This document shows, piece by piece, positions 39,292 through 56,329 of a stretch of 64,000 bases of DNA (position 1 is the first letter of the stretch; every line of letters begins with the position of its first letter). The position numbers and the translations under genes were made by a program. A model generated the notes under the pieces. That model made no database searches. It was not told where the DNA came from and saw only the letters and a program-made list of their open reading frames with translations. The stretch covers positions 42,780,001-42,844,000 of the forward strand of contig NC_043004.1 in the NCBI RefSeq assembly GCF_006345805.1, given 5' to 3'. Source of the DNA: Octopus sinensis. Taxonomy: Eukaryota.

Positions 39292-40179
39292 TATATATGT
39301 ATACATACATATATATATGTATATATATACACACACATAAATACATACATATCCCATTACATAGGAATTTAATGGAATATATAATTATTTTCATTAATAT
39401 GAATGAATTTGAATATGTTTACGATTTCGGATGTCAATACGTTTACAGCACTGAATATTTAACTTTTATTTCTAATCATATGCATTCATAATTATGATAC
39501 ATATATAGATGCTTACATGCACAACACTGTGTGTATCCATATATATGTGTGGAGGTGTGCGTGTGTTTGGGTATGCCTGTGTGTGCATGTGTGTGTATGT
39601 GTTTACCTGTGAGGGTATACATATTCATGTGAATATATTTAAATAATTATATGCACTTATATATATACACACATTTATATATGTACATATATATATATTT
39701 ATATATGTGTAGATTCCATTCGGCTTAATATTATCTCGGTGTCGTATATGCCATGGAACCCATGTAACTGTAATTCGGTAAGATAGGACTTGAGAAGAGA
39801 TGTAATACTTGTTTGTTTAATTTTTTTCTTACAAATATAAATCAGCATTCTACATACGTACGTATAATAGTATAACTTAGGTTCCGTTATAACAGCATGC
39901 TTGATCAACGGTCCTTCATGCTGAAGCAGAATAGTATTTTAGGCATTGTTGATTCCATGAGACTTATCCGAGAATCATGAGGACTTTAACAATTGTTTTC
40001 TATGTTGTGTTCACATAATGTTTTACGAAAGGCGGCAAGCTGGCATAATAGATTGGACGTCGGATAAAATACTCTCCACTATGCTCTAATTTCATATTCC
40101 GCTGAGGACGACTTTGCCTTCTATATTTTCGGAGCAGGTAAAATGCGTACAAGCCATGAACTGGCCTTCTGCCTATACA

Positions 40180-40184
40180 TACAC

Positions 40185-40225
<41 letters not shown>

Positions 40226-40280
40226 ACACACACTCACACACACACACATACGCACACACACAAACACACACACTTATATA

Positions 40281-40311
<31 letters not shown>

Positions 40312-40365
40312 TGTATGTATGTATGTATGTATGTATGTATGTATGTACGTATGTATATGTGAGTG
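40180..40365. repeat. (CA)n plus (ATGT)n microsatellite
   Basis: Direct reading. Confidence 0.95.
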
Positions 40366-40604
40366 TGTGTATAAAGAAGAAATAAAAGGGATAATTATCC
40401 GCTTAAACAGCACGAGCAATTAGTGATGTAATAGAGCTTCAGGAAGATAAAACCAAGAAAGAGAGAATAAAATTCAAAGGCCAGTGTTGATATTTACTCA
40501 ATCTATGAATGCACCTATGTATGCTCTGGAGTATTCTGACGATTTGAAATATATTGGGTGAACATAAACACTAACCTTTGAAATTTGGTCTCTCTTCCTT
40601 ATTT

Positions 40605-43080
<2,476 letters not shown>

Positions 43081-43194
43081 AGAGATAGATAAAGTTAGAG
43101 AGTAAGAGAAAGCGAGGGAGAGTCCGAGAGAAAGGAAGAGTAAGAGAGTGGGAAAGTGAGAGAGAAAGGAGAGAGAAACAAAGAGGGAGAATCA

Positions 43195-43435
43195 TCATCA
43201 TCATCATCGTTTAACATCCGTTTTCCGTTCTAGCACGGGTTGGACAGTTTGACTGGGGTCTGGGAAGCCAGGAGGCTGCACCAGGCTCCAGTCTGATCTG
43301 GCAGTGTTTCTACAGCTGGATGCCCTTCCTAACGCCAACCACTCCGTGAGTGTAGTGGGTGCTGTTTTCGTGTCACCGGCACTGGTGCCAGGAGGGCTGG
43401 CAGCGGCCACGATCGGTTGGTGCTTTTTTACCTGC
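43195..43435 (-). mobile_element. SINE/LINE 3' tail of RTE-like type ending in (GAT)n
   Basis: Minus strand GTTGGCGTTAGGAAGGGCATCCAGCTGTAGAAA...GGAAAACGGATGTTAAACGATGATGATG. The same motif occurs at 61436-61465. Confidence 0.7.
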
Positions 43436-43502
43436 TGAAAGGAAGCATCAGAAAGTAACAACCACACTCTTACCCGCGCGTAGAGCGGGTCACCTTCAGC
43501 TA

Positions 43503-43534
<32 letters not shown>

Positions 43535-43536
<2 letters not shown>

Positions 43537-43836
43537 AGTGCAATGGCCCAGTGGTTAGGGTAGCGGGCTCGCGGTCATAGGATCGCGGTTTCGATTCCCA
43601 GACCGGGCGTTGTGAGTGTTTATTGAGCGAAAACACCTAAAAGCTCCACGAGGCTCCGGCAGGGGGTGGTCATCTCTGCTGTACTCTTTCAAAACTCTTT
43701 CTCTCACTCTTTCCTCTGTTGGCCTGCTCGCTTAGCCAGCGGTGTGGCGTCATTCGAAGGCTAAAACAATGCAAACGCATTGTGTCCAGCGATGTGTAGC
43801 AACATCTGATGGTCTGGTCGGTCACGTGATCACGTA
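43535..43836 (+). mobile_element. SINE family C, full length
   Basis: GGAGTGCAATGGCCCAGTGGTTAGGG...GGTTTCGATTCCCAG; colinear with 22994-23303; flanked by TA runs. Confidence 0.9.
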
Positions 43837-43899
43837 ATATATATATATATAAGAAATTAAAAAAGGAAAATACGCAGACTTATACGGTTTTAATATAAT

Positions 43900-44860
43900 T
43901 GTTAATATATCGACCCGGTTCGCTATCGCTATTCATGATGTTATGTTTTACTTATTTGAATATATGTTTTTTCTTAAGAAGAAATTTTGGCCAGTTGTGT
44001 GCGACGAAATTCACAAGTAGATAAATAAAGGGAAGTAATTGGTTGTCGTTATTATTTTTATTGTTGTGTGTAAGGGAGATAACTCTTCAGCTTTCGGTAA
44101 TGGGTGGGGACTATGTATGTGTACAGATAGAGACAAGCTTCAAAAACCTTGTTTAGTGTACAGTGATGTAATCGTGAATTGAAATATGTAAAAAGATAAA
44201 AGTTGGTTATGCATGCATATTAAGGCGTGTTTTGTATTATTCAATGTAAAAGGTTTCTTTATTTAAACGTTCTAGTTGAGAGATTGCATCTTTGCACTGG
44301 TAGAAAGGGAAGACATTTGGTTTGATATCACCTGCACATTTTTCTATATGTTCGCTGAGAGGAATTTGTCTGTATTGTGGGAAACGGATTTGCTCTTTAT
44401 ATGGAGTGCTTCTCTTTGTCTAGGTAATACCCGTTTGTCCAATATAGTGGTGTCCGCAACACTAGCAGGTTATTACATAAATTAGGTTCTCAGAGACACA
44501 AGTGAAACTAGTTTTAATTGTGAACTGGTGTCCTTCTTTGAAAAGGAATTCCGAGATTACAAGCAGGTTGGGGCAGGTTCCACAGTTTGGGCGTCCACAT
44601 TTCAACCGTAGGTTTCGTGGATGTTTTGTAAAGCTTCACATTTGTTAGTAGTCTCTTTAGCGATTTGTCTTGCTTTTTGCATTTGATGAGTTTCTGTGTT
44701 TTTAGGATGTGGTTCATTTTTGGATCTCTACTTAGTAAAGGAAGATTTTACATAATAGTTTTGAATGCCACACTGTTTCTACGTTATGGATCCCCAACTC
44801 TGAATTTTATTTTCATAACGGGATTTGAAGAGAGTAAATTCGCTCGTCGTGGCTCTGTGT
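43900..44860 (-). mobile_element. Penelope-like element 3' remnant: linker, GIY-YIG endonuclease and 3' UTR
   Basis: Manual translation NLPLLSRDPKMNHILKTQKLIKCKKQDKSLKRLLT, then after a frameshift KCGRPNCGTCPNLL...FTCVSENLIYVITC*CCGHHYIGQTGIT*TKR...QIRFPQYRQIPLSEHIEKC...FPFYQC...RLNKETFYIE*YKTRLN (about 44610-44222). LIY...YIG motif with Cys pairs. Confidence 0.9.
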
Positions 44861-44861
44861 C

Positions 44862-45160
44862 GATTACGATGATGAGTATTCCAGTTAATTCTATCAGCGA
44901 AGAGCCTGCTCCGGAAATTGATGGACAAATGGCTGAGCACTCCACAGATACGCGTACGCTTCGCGTAGTTCTCATAGAGTACCAGCGTGACACAGAAAGC
45001 AACAAACCCCGGCCTTTCAAATACAAGTACAAATTATTTTTGCCAGCTGGGTGGACTGAGGCAACGGAAAATCATGCCTTAGTCAAGCATTCGACGCGCC
45101 TCCCATACTCAAGCACATAACCTTACGATTGTAAGCCGAATACCCTAATCACTAAACGAC
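44862..45160 (-). mobile_element. CORE-type SINE family D abutting or interrupting the PLE
   Basis: CCGTTGCCTCAGTCCACCCAGCTGGCAAAA...GAATTAACTGGAATACTCATCATCG parallels 25383-25712. Confidence 0.65.
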
Positions 45161-46662
45161 ACGCCTTCATTTGAACGAAAGTAGTGGTTGGCGTATCTCT
45201 TTATTATTTCACTACTGCGCAGGCAAATATACACTTTTACTTCCCTATCAGTTATTTAGTAGAACGGAGTTTACCGCCCTTTCGAAGATGCAGAACTAAG
45301 CATATATTAGGCCAGGCGAAAGCTACTCGAAAATTAGATAGGGCACTCACTTGTCTTATTTCAAATATATAGACAAATAGAAACACACAACGCTAATAAG
45401 TTGTACGTGGAACATGCAGGGCAGGATTATACTGTATATCATCTCCAAGAATGTTTTTAAAACTGCAAAAAAATAAAACGAAGATGAAACATTCTTTTTT
45501 TTTAAATTATCATCTTGTATATCTAGCTTAGTTTTCAAAATACAACATAAATGCTTGCAAAGTAACGTTATATACTACTTGTGATAGAATGTTCCAGAAG
45601 AATAGAAAATACATCAGCTATAAATAAATTATAAATATGGGAGAATATTTTCTTGGCATTCCTTGGGCGTTGTATTGTTTTACGTTTTGTCAGTGATATT
45701 TTGCTCTTAATTTGCTTGCCGCCAACGAATCAGCATTATTTAAGTCTACAGTTTTTTTCTGAATCATTCTACGCAGAAATACACGAATATACGTCGCATG
45801 ATTTTAACAAAATATTCTAATAACAGGCATTACTTGTTAAATTTGTGCGTTTTACAAAATGTATTTTATCGATGTATTCAGCATGTTGAAAATATATAAA
45901 GAGCTGTAAAACGTGAAGCGAAATTAATTTCTCTGGAGCTGTGTTCTGATATACAATACATTATAAACCAAACATATACACATCTAGTGCATATATGTGT
46001 GTGTATCTGCATGGTTGTCTGTCTGAGTGTAAAGTTACGAGTTACTAACAATTTCATACATTAGATATGCGAATCTAGGTAGGTTTTATAACACACATTG
46101 TATGGGGTTTCGAAACAAACTGCACACCATAGTCAATCAAGTGTAAAATCCTTATATTAATTGATCAAAGAAATGCAGCTTGTGTGAAGCTGAAATGTCA
46201 CATATTGGTTTTAGATTGGAGATTTCCAGCGTACTACTGAATACCAAACCCGAAATTTTCAATAAATACAAACATATGGACAAACAGTTTTGGGCGAAAT
46301 GGAGGCCACCACCCTCTCTGCATTGAGTAGCCTGCTCGCTGATTTGGACTTCTCTCCGTTTCAGGTATTCTAGAACGACTCGATCAATCATACCTTTATG
46401 GTTAACATAACAGATTTCATTTTCCTTTTATTTTTCACCATTCCACCATTTGCATCTTGCCATTTTTTCTCCTAATGTCTTTTGTTCCAGTGTTCTGTGT
46501 AATAACTTGAATAGCAGATCTGTAGTTTGTTTGGATAGATAAAGTTTGAAATAAAGACCTGCCTAGATGCGTGCCTCCAATGCATGAAACTATTGGTAGC
46601 GTTTATTTATTGTACAAAATGGATTACGTTTGTTGCAAATCATAAATTAATGGAATAATAAA

Positions 46663-46724
<62 letters not shown>

Positions 46725-46769
46725 ATACATATATGTTTTTATGTTATTATAGACGCGCACATACACACA

Positions 46770-46897
46770 TATAACCAGGTAGTGTTTCACTAGAGATGTA
46801 GTATGCAATGTACTTGCCAAAGTAATGAGACCATGGAATCGAACTCTGAATACGGTAGTCGCAAACAGCTGTACTAACCATAAAGCAATGTCCACGC
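46770..46897 (-). mobile_element. Decayed tRNA-derived SINE head
   Basis: Minus strand TTTATGGTTAGTACAG...AGAGTTCGATTCCATGG (A/B-box-like). Confidence 0.5.
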
Positions 46898-47268
46898 CCG
46901 TGCATATTCATATTTCAACTATTCTCATGTTTGGTATTACAGAATGAAAACGTAGGAACATTAAAAAAATGCCGACAAACAAACCATGACTATGAAATAG
47001 GAAATAAAAAGAAGTCAGTACTAATAATGATGATGGCCAGCGTGCAATGAATGTCGAAGTGCATTAATCGATTCCGCTACTGCTGGTAGAACCGACTAAT
47101 GTTTTCGTTGAAGGTATTAAAATATGAAGCTAAACAAGGTTTGACATGTTGACCGGATGTGTTTATAACAGATACAGTCAATAGAATTTTTCACGGCCTC
47201 TTAAAAAATATTTTCAAAGACTTTTACATCCTATGATATCGATATCTATTTCATCAGTGCATCTATTT

Positions 47269-47341
<73 letters not shown>

Positions 47342-47911
47342 TATAATGTGCATGTATACGTGTGCGTGTTTGTGAGGCACTTTTTATATGTATGTGTGTG
47401 CATATATGTGTGTGAGTGTGTGTCTGTTTGTGGATATATATATATATATATATGATTGTATATATATATATATATATTATATATATATATATATATTACG
47501 CGTTTGTGTGTGCATGGGTACGTGGGTGTTTGTGAATTGGAAGCTGCAACAATAGTTGCTCTATTCATTTTCTTGTCTACACTTCATCTTGACTTGTCTC
47601 TCGTTTTGTTTTCTTACTTTGTAGTTACGAAGACAGTTAACAAGCACACAAATAAGACATACAATTATGCAAGCTATCATGCACATGCAATTACAGGATA
47701 TCACACAAACACACACACATACCACACAAACACACACACACAAACATGTACATTCAAATTTGTGCACACGCGCATACATAATTCAAGCTATAATTTCAAA
47801 CGCATATAGAAACAGGCAACCATATAATATGTGCGTGTAGATATGAACAAAAACACATGCACAAAACACCTCTACACACATGTTTACAGAAGAACATGTG
47901 TAGGTGTGCAT

Positions 47912-47956
<45 letters not shown>

Positions 47957-47992
47957 CATATATACATACATACACACATACATACATATATA

Positions 47993-48364
47993 TCTCTCTA
48001 TATATAAACGGCAGTTTGTCTGTGTGTGTTTCTGTGTGTCTGTTAGGTTGCACCCTCACCCTGACCACGGCTTTCAACCGATTCTGATGAAACTTGACAC
48101 ACACATAAGCCCAATGTCATAATTCAAAACTAACGCAGCGAAAATTTTGAAAAGTTCCCCCAGTTCTGAAAAAAATCGATAAATTCGACATGGGGTCGAG
48201 AATCAGAAACATAAACCACAGACTGTCTAGGGGACGCAACTCGACCTTTTTAACTAAAAAAAAATTTACCATAATTTTTTTTCCATTTTTTGGCTATAAC
48301 TCTCTAAAAATGCTTTATAGTTATTTCCCTTACAAACCCGAGCAACGCCGGGCGATACTGCTAG
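47993..48364 (+). mobile_element. Non-autonomous Helitron, 372 bp
   Basis: 5' A|TC(TCTCTATATATAAA) at 47993; subterminal GC hairpin CCCG-AGCAACGC-CGGG at 48337-48352; 3' CTAG|T at 48361-48364; inserted between A and T with no TSD. Confidence 0.9.
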
Positions 48365-48788
<424 letters not shown>

Positions 48789-49153
48789 TTTTTTTAACGT
48801 GTGCAAACGTACGCGGAAAGCTCACGCCGTTCCTGTTTTTTTTTTATATATTCTTTTGCTCGGTGTCCGTCCTCAATTCTGTTTCTCTATATTCAATTCT
48901 TTCATCACCCTGTCTATCTGTATGTCCATTAAAAGTCATATTACTGTTGTTTTATGGTGACTTGTCATTGCAATGTCGAATCGCTATTAACGAATGCTGT
49001 ATTTAGAAGTAGTATGGCTTTATACGGAGATATTTTCCAAGCCATGCAAAAGTGTTACTTGTAAACATGGAACTTAATCTATTTTATATGATTTCTAACA
49101 ACCTAAAGGGCATGTTGTCTCTTACGGAGAATCAAGAATTTATTTGTCTTACT

Positions 49154-49541
49154 CTTTACTCTTTACTTGTTTCATTCATTGGACTGCGGCCGTGCTGGAG
49201 CACCGCCTTTAGTCAAGAAAAATCGACACCAGGACTTATTCTTTGTAAGCCTAGTACTTATTCTATCGTTCTATTTTGCCGAACCGCTAAGTTACGGGGA
49301 CGTAAACAATCCAGCATCGGTTGTCAAGCGATGTTGGGGGGGGGGGCAAATACAGACACACAAACACATACATATACATATATACGACAGGCTTCTTTCA
49401 GTTTCCGTCTACCAAATCCACTCATAAGGCATTGGTCGGCCGGAGGCTATTGTAGAAGACACTTGCCCAAGGTGCCACGCTGCGGGACTGAACCCGGAAA
49501 CGTGTGGTTGGTAAGGAAGCTACTTATCACACAGCCACTCC
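49154..49541 (-). mobile_element. SINE family B, near full length
   Basis: Colinear with 59836-60258. Confidence 0.92.
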
Positions 49542-50289
49542 TTTTTCAGTTTAATTTTAAGTTATTTTTTTATGATTGGGAACTTTTACTGATGATTGTC
49601 AGTTTTTTTTTTAATATATGATTGAGTATTTATAGAAGATGAAAGAAAAGATGTCTTTGTTATAATAAATTCAACATACAATTTTAACCAGCCATGTGGA
49701 AAACCCTATCACATATGTTTGAAAAATCATGCATCCCTAACCGCAAGTATAAGGGTCAGAAATTTGCTTTGCAACTGCGTGAATATATGTTTGATTTCAC
49801 TGCGCAGCAAATTTGAGCAATGGTCTCGAAAATAGGTTCGGTTTCACCAGTGAGTTGTAATAGATATTTACTTGATGATAACTGCGCCAAAGTCGGTGTA
49901 TCTAAGTTCATACATGCACGCAGATAGACGCATAGTACTTACGTACGTATGTATGCGTTTACAATCGGCTCCCGTATAGATACAGCCGACTAAATATACA
50001 CACTTAGGTATGTGCTTGTGTGTATGTGTATATTACTGTGTTTGTACATATTTATAAGGATTTGTTGGTAAATCGATGAGTTAAACAAATATATTTTATG
50101 GTATTTACTCTGTCCGGATTAGATATCGATGGCTGTTACATAACACAGTAATTGGGCGATGAAATCAAATATAAACTTTTGACGGAGAGCTCCAGTATGG
50201 CCAATGCTCAAAGACCAGCTTTATTGAAAAAATAGCATAAAATATATTGTCTCAAAATAACGTTGGCCGATTTGCATACTGTAGCCATA

Positions 50290-50640
50290 GCTACATTATA
50301 TCTCTGAAGGCGTATGACACTGTGGTTATTGCATCGGTCTCATAATCATGAGTTAGTGAGTTCGATTCCCGGAGTGGGATGTGAGTTGTATTCTTGAGCA
50401 AGGCACTTCATTTCCCGTTGCTCCAGTTCACTAAGCTGTAGAAATTATTTATGACGTCACTGGAGCCAAGCTGTATCAGACTTTGCCTTTCCCCATCAGA
50501 TAACAACAGTGGCGCGGGAGGGAAGGCTGGTATGCATGGCTGACTGTTGCTCCGTTATTAAACTTGCTTGTCCGTACTTGTGTCTTGGAAGGTAACTTTC
50601 TAGATGCAATCCCATGGTCATTCATGACTGAAGGTTGTTA
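50290..50640 (+). mobile_element. CORE-type SINE (family D-related head, different tail)
   Basis: GTGAGTTCGATTCCCGG (B box) then GTTGTATTCTTGAGCAAGGCACTTCATTTCCCGTTGCTCCAGTTCACTAAGCTGTAGAAA. Confidence 0.7.
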
Positions 50641-51319
50641 TCACTTTTTATCATTGCAATATATTGCAAAATATTGCAATATAGAATAACGTTTCTATAG
50701 GTCTGGCCATAAGTACGTGACCTGGAAATAGTGGAACGTAATAAAGACTTACATACCCAATAAAGACGTACACACCGACGCAGGAATCAGCAATTATACA
50801 TTTTCATTTACCTGAATCAAGTGATAGAAACGTTGGTTTAATGCATATTTAATTGTCTGTGAACAGGTAAATCTGAATTAAGAAGGGAGGTAAAGGCGTC
50901 ACAAATTTCGACATTCAACTGTAAGTATAATTGGAAATCACACAGTGTGTTATTAAAAATAATATATATAATATAAACAAAGACATTTAAATTTAATGTA
51001 CATAATCACTTTCTTGAACAATTTAAAAAAAGAAACTAACGTTTCAAATAAAGTGACATGATTATCATTTATTAACGAAGTGTATTTACTCTTAATTATA
51101 TAAAAAAAAAGGATAAAATCTAATTTGTGATGAGATATAAAGGCAATAAAGTACATTGGTGAAATAAATGTTGGTTAAAAAATGGCACTTTGAATTTAAT
51201 CAGGGCATTCTACAACATATTTCTCAATATAAATATGAATTTTTGCAGCACATGACAGTTTCTCCATCTACTCTCCATCGCCAGTTACCGCCAATACGTA
51301 TCAACTTGTCACATCATAT

Positions 51320-51333
51320 ACATACATACATGA

Positions 51334-51425
<92 letters not shown>

Positions 51426-51696
51426 CATACGCACTGAGCCACCTTATTTTATTATATGAATCATTCTAGAAATATAGAGATAAACGGAAATATCAATGAT
51501 ATATCAATAACTGTGTATCTTTGTATCCTTTGTGCTGATGTTTTAAAAATCTCACATTAGGTGTAACTGCATACAGAATTATACATACATAGGCAACGCA
51601 AGTACGCATATACTCACACACACACATGTATTTATGTGTGTGTATACATGTATATATATATAAATATAAATATATATACATATATATACCTACATA

Positions 51697-51738
<42 letters not shown>

Positions 51739-52110
51739 ACATAACTATGCACATACATATAGTTATACTTAAATACAGATAGGAACACTCATATTTAATT
51801 AATTTGTTAATTCATTTATGTGTGTGTGTGTGCATGTATTTCCATGTATATATATTTATGCTTGTATATATACGGAGGCAACATATACTGTTCACTGTGT
51901 ATTCGTAAAGATATACATACATTCGTATGTAAACACACGCGCACACACACACAGACGCACAGACGCACACACACATGCGTACACAGACGCACATACGCAC
52001 ATACACGCAATGTATCGATATGAACTCATTTCTTGTGTTTGTATAAACGAAGATAAATACATGCATACATACACAAATGTGCGTGCGCACATAGATAAAG
52101 TGAGACAGGT
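51320..52110. repeat. (TA)n and (CA)/(TG)-rich low-complexity mosaic
   Basis: Direct reading. Confidence 0.85.
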
Positions 52111-52925
52111 GGGTGGAGAGATTTTGATGGATTTGTCCGTTACTGTGACAAACAGACAATCATGGAATAAATATGCAGATGCAATTTCAAATATAGAAGC
52201 ATTCACGTATACATATTTCTGTATTATATTTGTTGTTCTAGATGCAAATCCCAGATCAATAAATACCTTCTCTTCGACAATGGCATAGCTTAAGTTTTTT
52301 CAGCGTGATTCTTTGATTTATTGATTTTTGCCTAAGTCATTTAAACCAGGTGTAAGAACAAATCAATATTGCTTGTATATTTAATAACTCAGATTATTTT
52401 CTAAGTTTTATCTATATCTCAAACCACATTTAACAAAGTGTAAATACTGAAATCCAGAGTTGTTTGCTTTCATTAAAGTCATGCATATGAAGATACATAT
52501 GTGTGTATAAGTGAGTTATTTGTATATATGCATCTATATGTACATACGTTCATACATACTTGTGTGTGCGTGAGTGTGGTGGGATATGAGTAGAAGGCTA
52601 GCGAATAAATAATTAAATTCGATCATTTTGATTAATAGTGACACTCAACTCATTACCAAAAATCTTCACACCCTCTACAAAACTGTAGTTATTTCGACCG
52701 TGTTTCCTCCTCTCACTAGTTATGCTGTGTCTAGGCACCAAGAATCCACCTATAACACTCCAGTTTAATCATTCTTATTTGACATGCGATATTCTCTCAT
52801 TCATTCAGCATCTGTTTATTTTGCAGTACACACTAGAGTGGCATAAGTTCAAGCTAAACAATCTGTTTATCTACCAAACCATATTTTGAGAGCCCACAAA
52901 ATACTATAAATATAGGGTGTCCTAT

Positions 52926-53342
52926 TCTACATAACATACATACAATAAATAAAAAAAAAAATTTCTGCACTAAGTGTAAACATATATATGCAAGCAGAAA
53001 CTTCAAAACAATCATTGTCTCCAAACGCGTGGTGCTTTTTGCAATTTACCTCCATAGAAATATACTACATAGAGCGATAACTGATGGAAATATTTTTTGA
53101 GATTTCGAATGCCGATCGCAAACGCTTCATCTACCATCATTTCTGGGGAGACAAAGTATGGGGACTGAGGAAAGGGGCCAGTTTCTTCGGTGTATAATAC
53201 AGCGAGGCTCTGATACTCCTTTATCCATATAGCTACCAACGCGCATAAATTCCTCATCGTCAGTGACGTAGATCACCACAAACTAAAGCGAAAAGAAGGC
53301 GACAGAGTCTCTACATAACATACATACAATAAATAAAAAAAA
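52926..53342. repeat. 33-bp direct repeat flanking a 351-bp segment
   Basis: TCTACATAACATACATACAATAAATAAAAAAAA at 52926-52958 and 53310-53342. Confidence 0.9.
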
Positions 53343-53364
53343 TAACAAATAACTCCAGCAGTGA

Positions 53365-54075
53365 CTTGGTGTCATCCCGAGTCAGACTAGTGTTGCTCTT
53401 TACTGCAAGAGGGCAAAATTAAGACTGCCTCTCAAGTCCCTAGTCGAAGAGTTCAAGGCGGGGAAAGCAAGACTGCAACTAATGCTCAAAAGACTCCAAA
53501 GATGACGCGGGTAGATCAGTGCAGCCAAACGCAAAACAGGAAGGAAATGTAAAGTTGTGGATGCAATTGATGATGCTGAAAATAATCCGAAAAGCAAAGA
53601 GATGATGGGAATTACCCAGACCGGAAGGCAAGGATTGGGTAATACCAATGTACAGTCTTGGTCAAAAGCAACAACATCCAAAGGGATCTTGTGATTCAGG
53701 AGGTTCGGCATGAAGAAGAAAGAAGCAGGCATGTGAAAGCCATCCGACAAACTCAGCAGAGGCGATGGACAACTTGGAATGCTGCAGTACAGAAATTTCC
53801 CACATGGAACAATGTGAGACACATGGTGCTACTCAGATTGAGTTTCAAGATTAGTAAGCTTCCATCAAACACAAACCTTGTAAATTAAGGCATGGAAGAC
53901 ATGTCAATATATCTCCTGAGCATGGACAAACCCAAGTCCTGACTTCCTCTAAGATCACTCTCACTGATGGCAAATACATATTGAGGTGCGTCAGGGTGCA
54001 GTAAAAATTCAGCACTTCAATCTGAGAACAAATACTGCGGGAAACAATCAAATCAAAATTGAACTTCGGAACCAA
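53365..54075 (+). mobile_element. HERO/NeSL-like (RLE) non-LTR retrotransposon fragment: post-RT region to CCHC finger
   Basis: ALYCKRAKLRLPLKSLVEEFKAGKARLQLMLKDSKD...TGRK...GRQGLG...WSKA...LVIQEVRHEEERSRHVKAIRQTQQRRWTTW...RLSF...LPSNTNL matches the HERO-type LY...KL.LP..SLVEEFK.GKARL...DS.D / GRQGLG / LPS..NL motifs. Confidence 0.85.
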
Positions 54076-54484
54076 TATATATATGTGACAACTACCATGG
54101 GTGAATGTTTGTCTGTGTATGTCTATCTTACTTTGATCGCTTGTCTGTGTGAATAAGAAATTCTATCTAACTCTATGTATGAGGGCTGGCCAATGTCAAT
54201 ACGAAATTTTATTTTCATTTCAATTAAAACAATATAACATTTCATAGATACATTCTTTCTATTGTCAATAGCGCATTTTATACCACGACGTCAACAACAT
54301 CACTTTTCGTATATGACTGCGTATAAGTCTGTGAGTTTATGTGTATAAGTGTATGAGTTTGTACGTCTCATAGTGTGTGTGTCTGTCCGCGTTAGGAGGT
54401 ACGTTATTGAGCATACGCACATCACACACACACACACACACACGCACACACACACACACACTCTTATACATACATATATATATA

Positions 54485-54715
54485 TATTTCTTTACTGCCC
54501 ACAATGGACTAAACATAGAGGGGACAAACAAGGACAGACATAGGTATTAAGTCGATTGTCTCGACCCCAGTGCGTAACTGGTACTTATTTAATCGACCCC
54601 GAAAGGATGAAAGGTAAAGTCGACCTCGGCGGAACTTGAACTCAGAACGTAACGACAGACGAAACACTGCTAAGCATTTCGCCCGGCGCGCTAACGTATC
54701 TGCCAGCTCCCCGCC
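54485..54715 (-). mobile_element. Full-length SINE family A with an apparent TSD
   Basis: Family A sequence, flanked on both sides by TTATACATACATATATATATAT. Confidence 0.92.
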
Positions 54716-54717
54716 TT

Positions 54718-54749
<32 letters not shown>

Positions 54750-55172
54750 CTGTGTGTTTGTATGTGTGTGTATGTAACAACTGACATGCGTGAATATATG
54801 ACTCTGTGTGGTTATCTTAGGATATGTGTGTGACTGTATGTCATTGAACATCTAGCGCGAAACCGATTGATAAGGCTGTACACTTATATTGATATACCCA
54901 CTCGATGTGAGTGCATGATTTGTTTTTGGTTTATGGATACTTAGACAGCTACAGATATGTGTGTGTCCCTATGTTTCACGCGCGCGCGTGTAGTTAAAGG
55001 CGCAAAATTGTCTGTTTGACTCTGAAACCGATAACTGACGTGAAGTTAGCGATTTTATGTGTATGTTCTGTGTTCGTCTGTGCCCTCAATGTATGCTTTT
55101 TAACTGCCATTCTGTGTCTGTTTCTGTTCCTGTGTACATTTCCTATACGTTTTAACTTATTCCTTAATGTAT

Positions 55173-55173
<1 letters not shown>

Positions 55174-55259
<86 letters not shown>
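55174..55259. repeat. (AG)n microsatellite
   Basis: Direct reading. Confidence 0.95.
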
Positions 55260-55263
<4 letters not shown>

Positions 55264-56329
55264 TTGATAGATAGGAAAATAAATTGATAGATACGACATG
55301 CATGTACTTTATACGCTTATTTCTTGCAAACAGAACGTTATTTGTATGTGATATTAATGCTATGCATTATATAGCCAGTGAGTATCAACTAAGAATCTGG
55401 TAAAATTGTTTTATATCTAAGGGGAATAAATGTGAGCTTTATTTAGCAATCATACAATCATATTTTAGAGAAAAAAAACTTACATTTTAGAGAAAATCTT
55501 ATGCCATTCAACTCTGACAAAGAATAAACATAAATCGCATAAAAGGAATACTAAAATATATTTAATGCCGATTATGATCTCAGAAATATTTGGTTTCTTA
55601 AGCTGTGAATCAACAATATTTTATTAAAAGATATATGCAAAATGAAAAAAAAAGTCAGTAAATCTAAAAATGAAATTACTATCACATGAATAATGAGAAT
55701 AACATTCTCACGAATAGAAAGCAGTAATATATTAATGATGAAAAGAATCTAGCTAATTCTAAGTACAAAATATTGTCTAGAATATTAATCATAGTCTTTG
55801 TCTGCTTTTATAAATCTAGAGATCACCCAAAATCTGTTATGCATCAAATGTTGTTATGATAAATTTGGAGAAATATATAAAGGAATTAAATCATAAATAA
55901 ATGGTGATGGAAGAGAAGAATTACTATTATCATTTAATTTTGAAGATTTAAATGGAGATGTCGATGTGGGATTAAAGACAAAATATTTTCCAATAATTCC
56001 ATACAAATTCATAGAAGCAAAACAGTAAATACATACACATATAGACACATAGGTACAAGTATTTACACGAAGTCTATAAAACACAAAATACAGAATCCCA
56101 TATATACAAGCATACATACACGACATGCCTACACATAATACCTGCATATTTATATGCAGATGTAGATTACAATGCCGTCAAGGTAAAAATCAACAATACG
56201 AGTACTCCATCCAGTGAATATAATTTAATTTACAGTGTATAAAAATAAGAGCCACTAATAGATTCTTACTATGAAGATTCAAGGGTAGGCAGAGACTATA
56301 TCTCCAAAATTATGGCTTTCAGTATGTGT

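Noticed and set aside
44665-45120. 151-aa plus-strand ORF with normal-looking composition
   Set aside because: It is the antisense of a PLE remnant plus a CORE-SINE on the minus strand.
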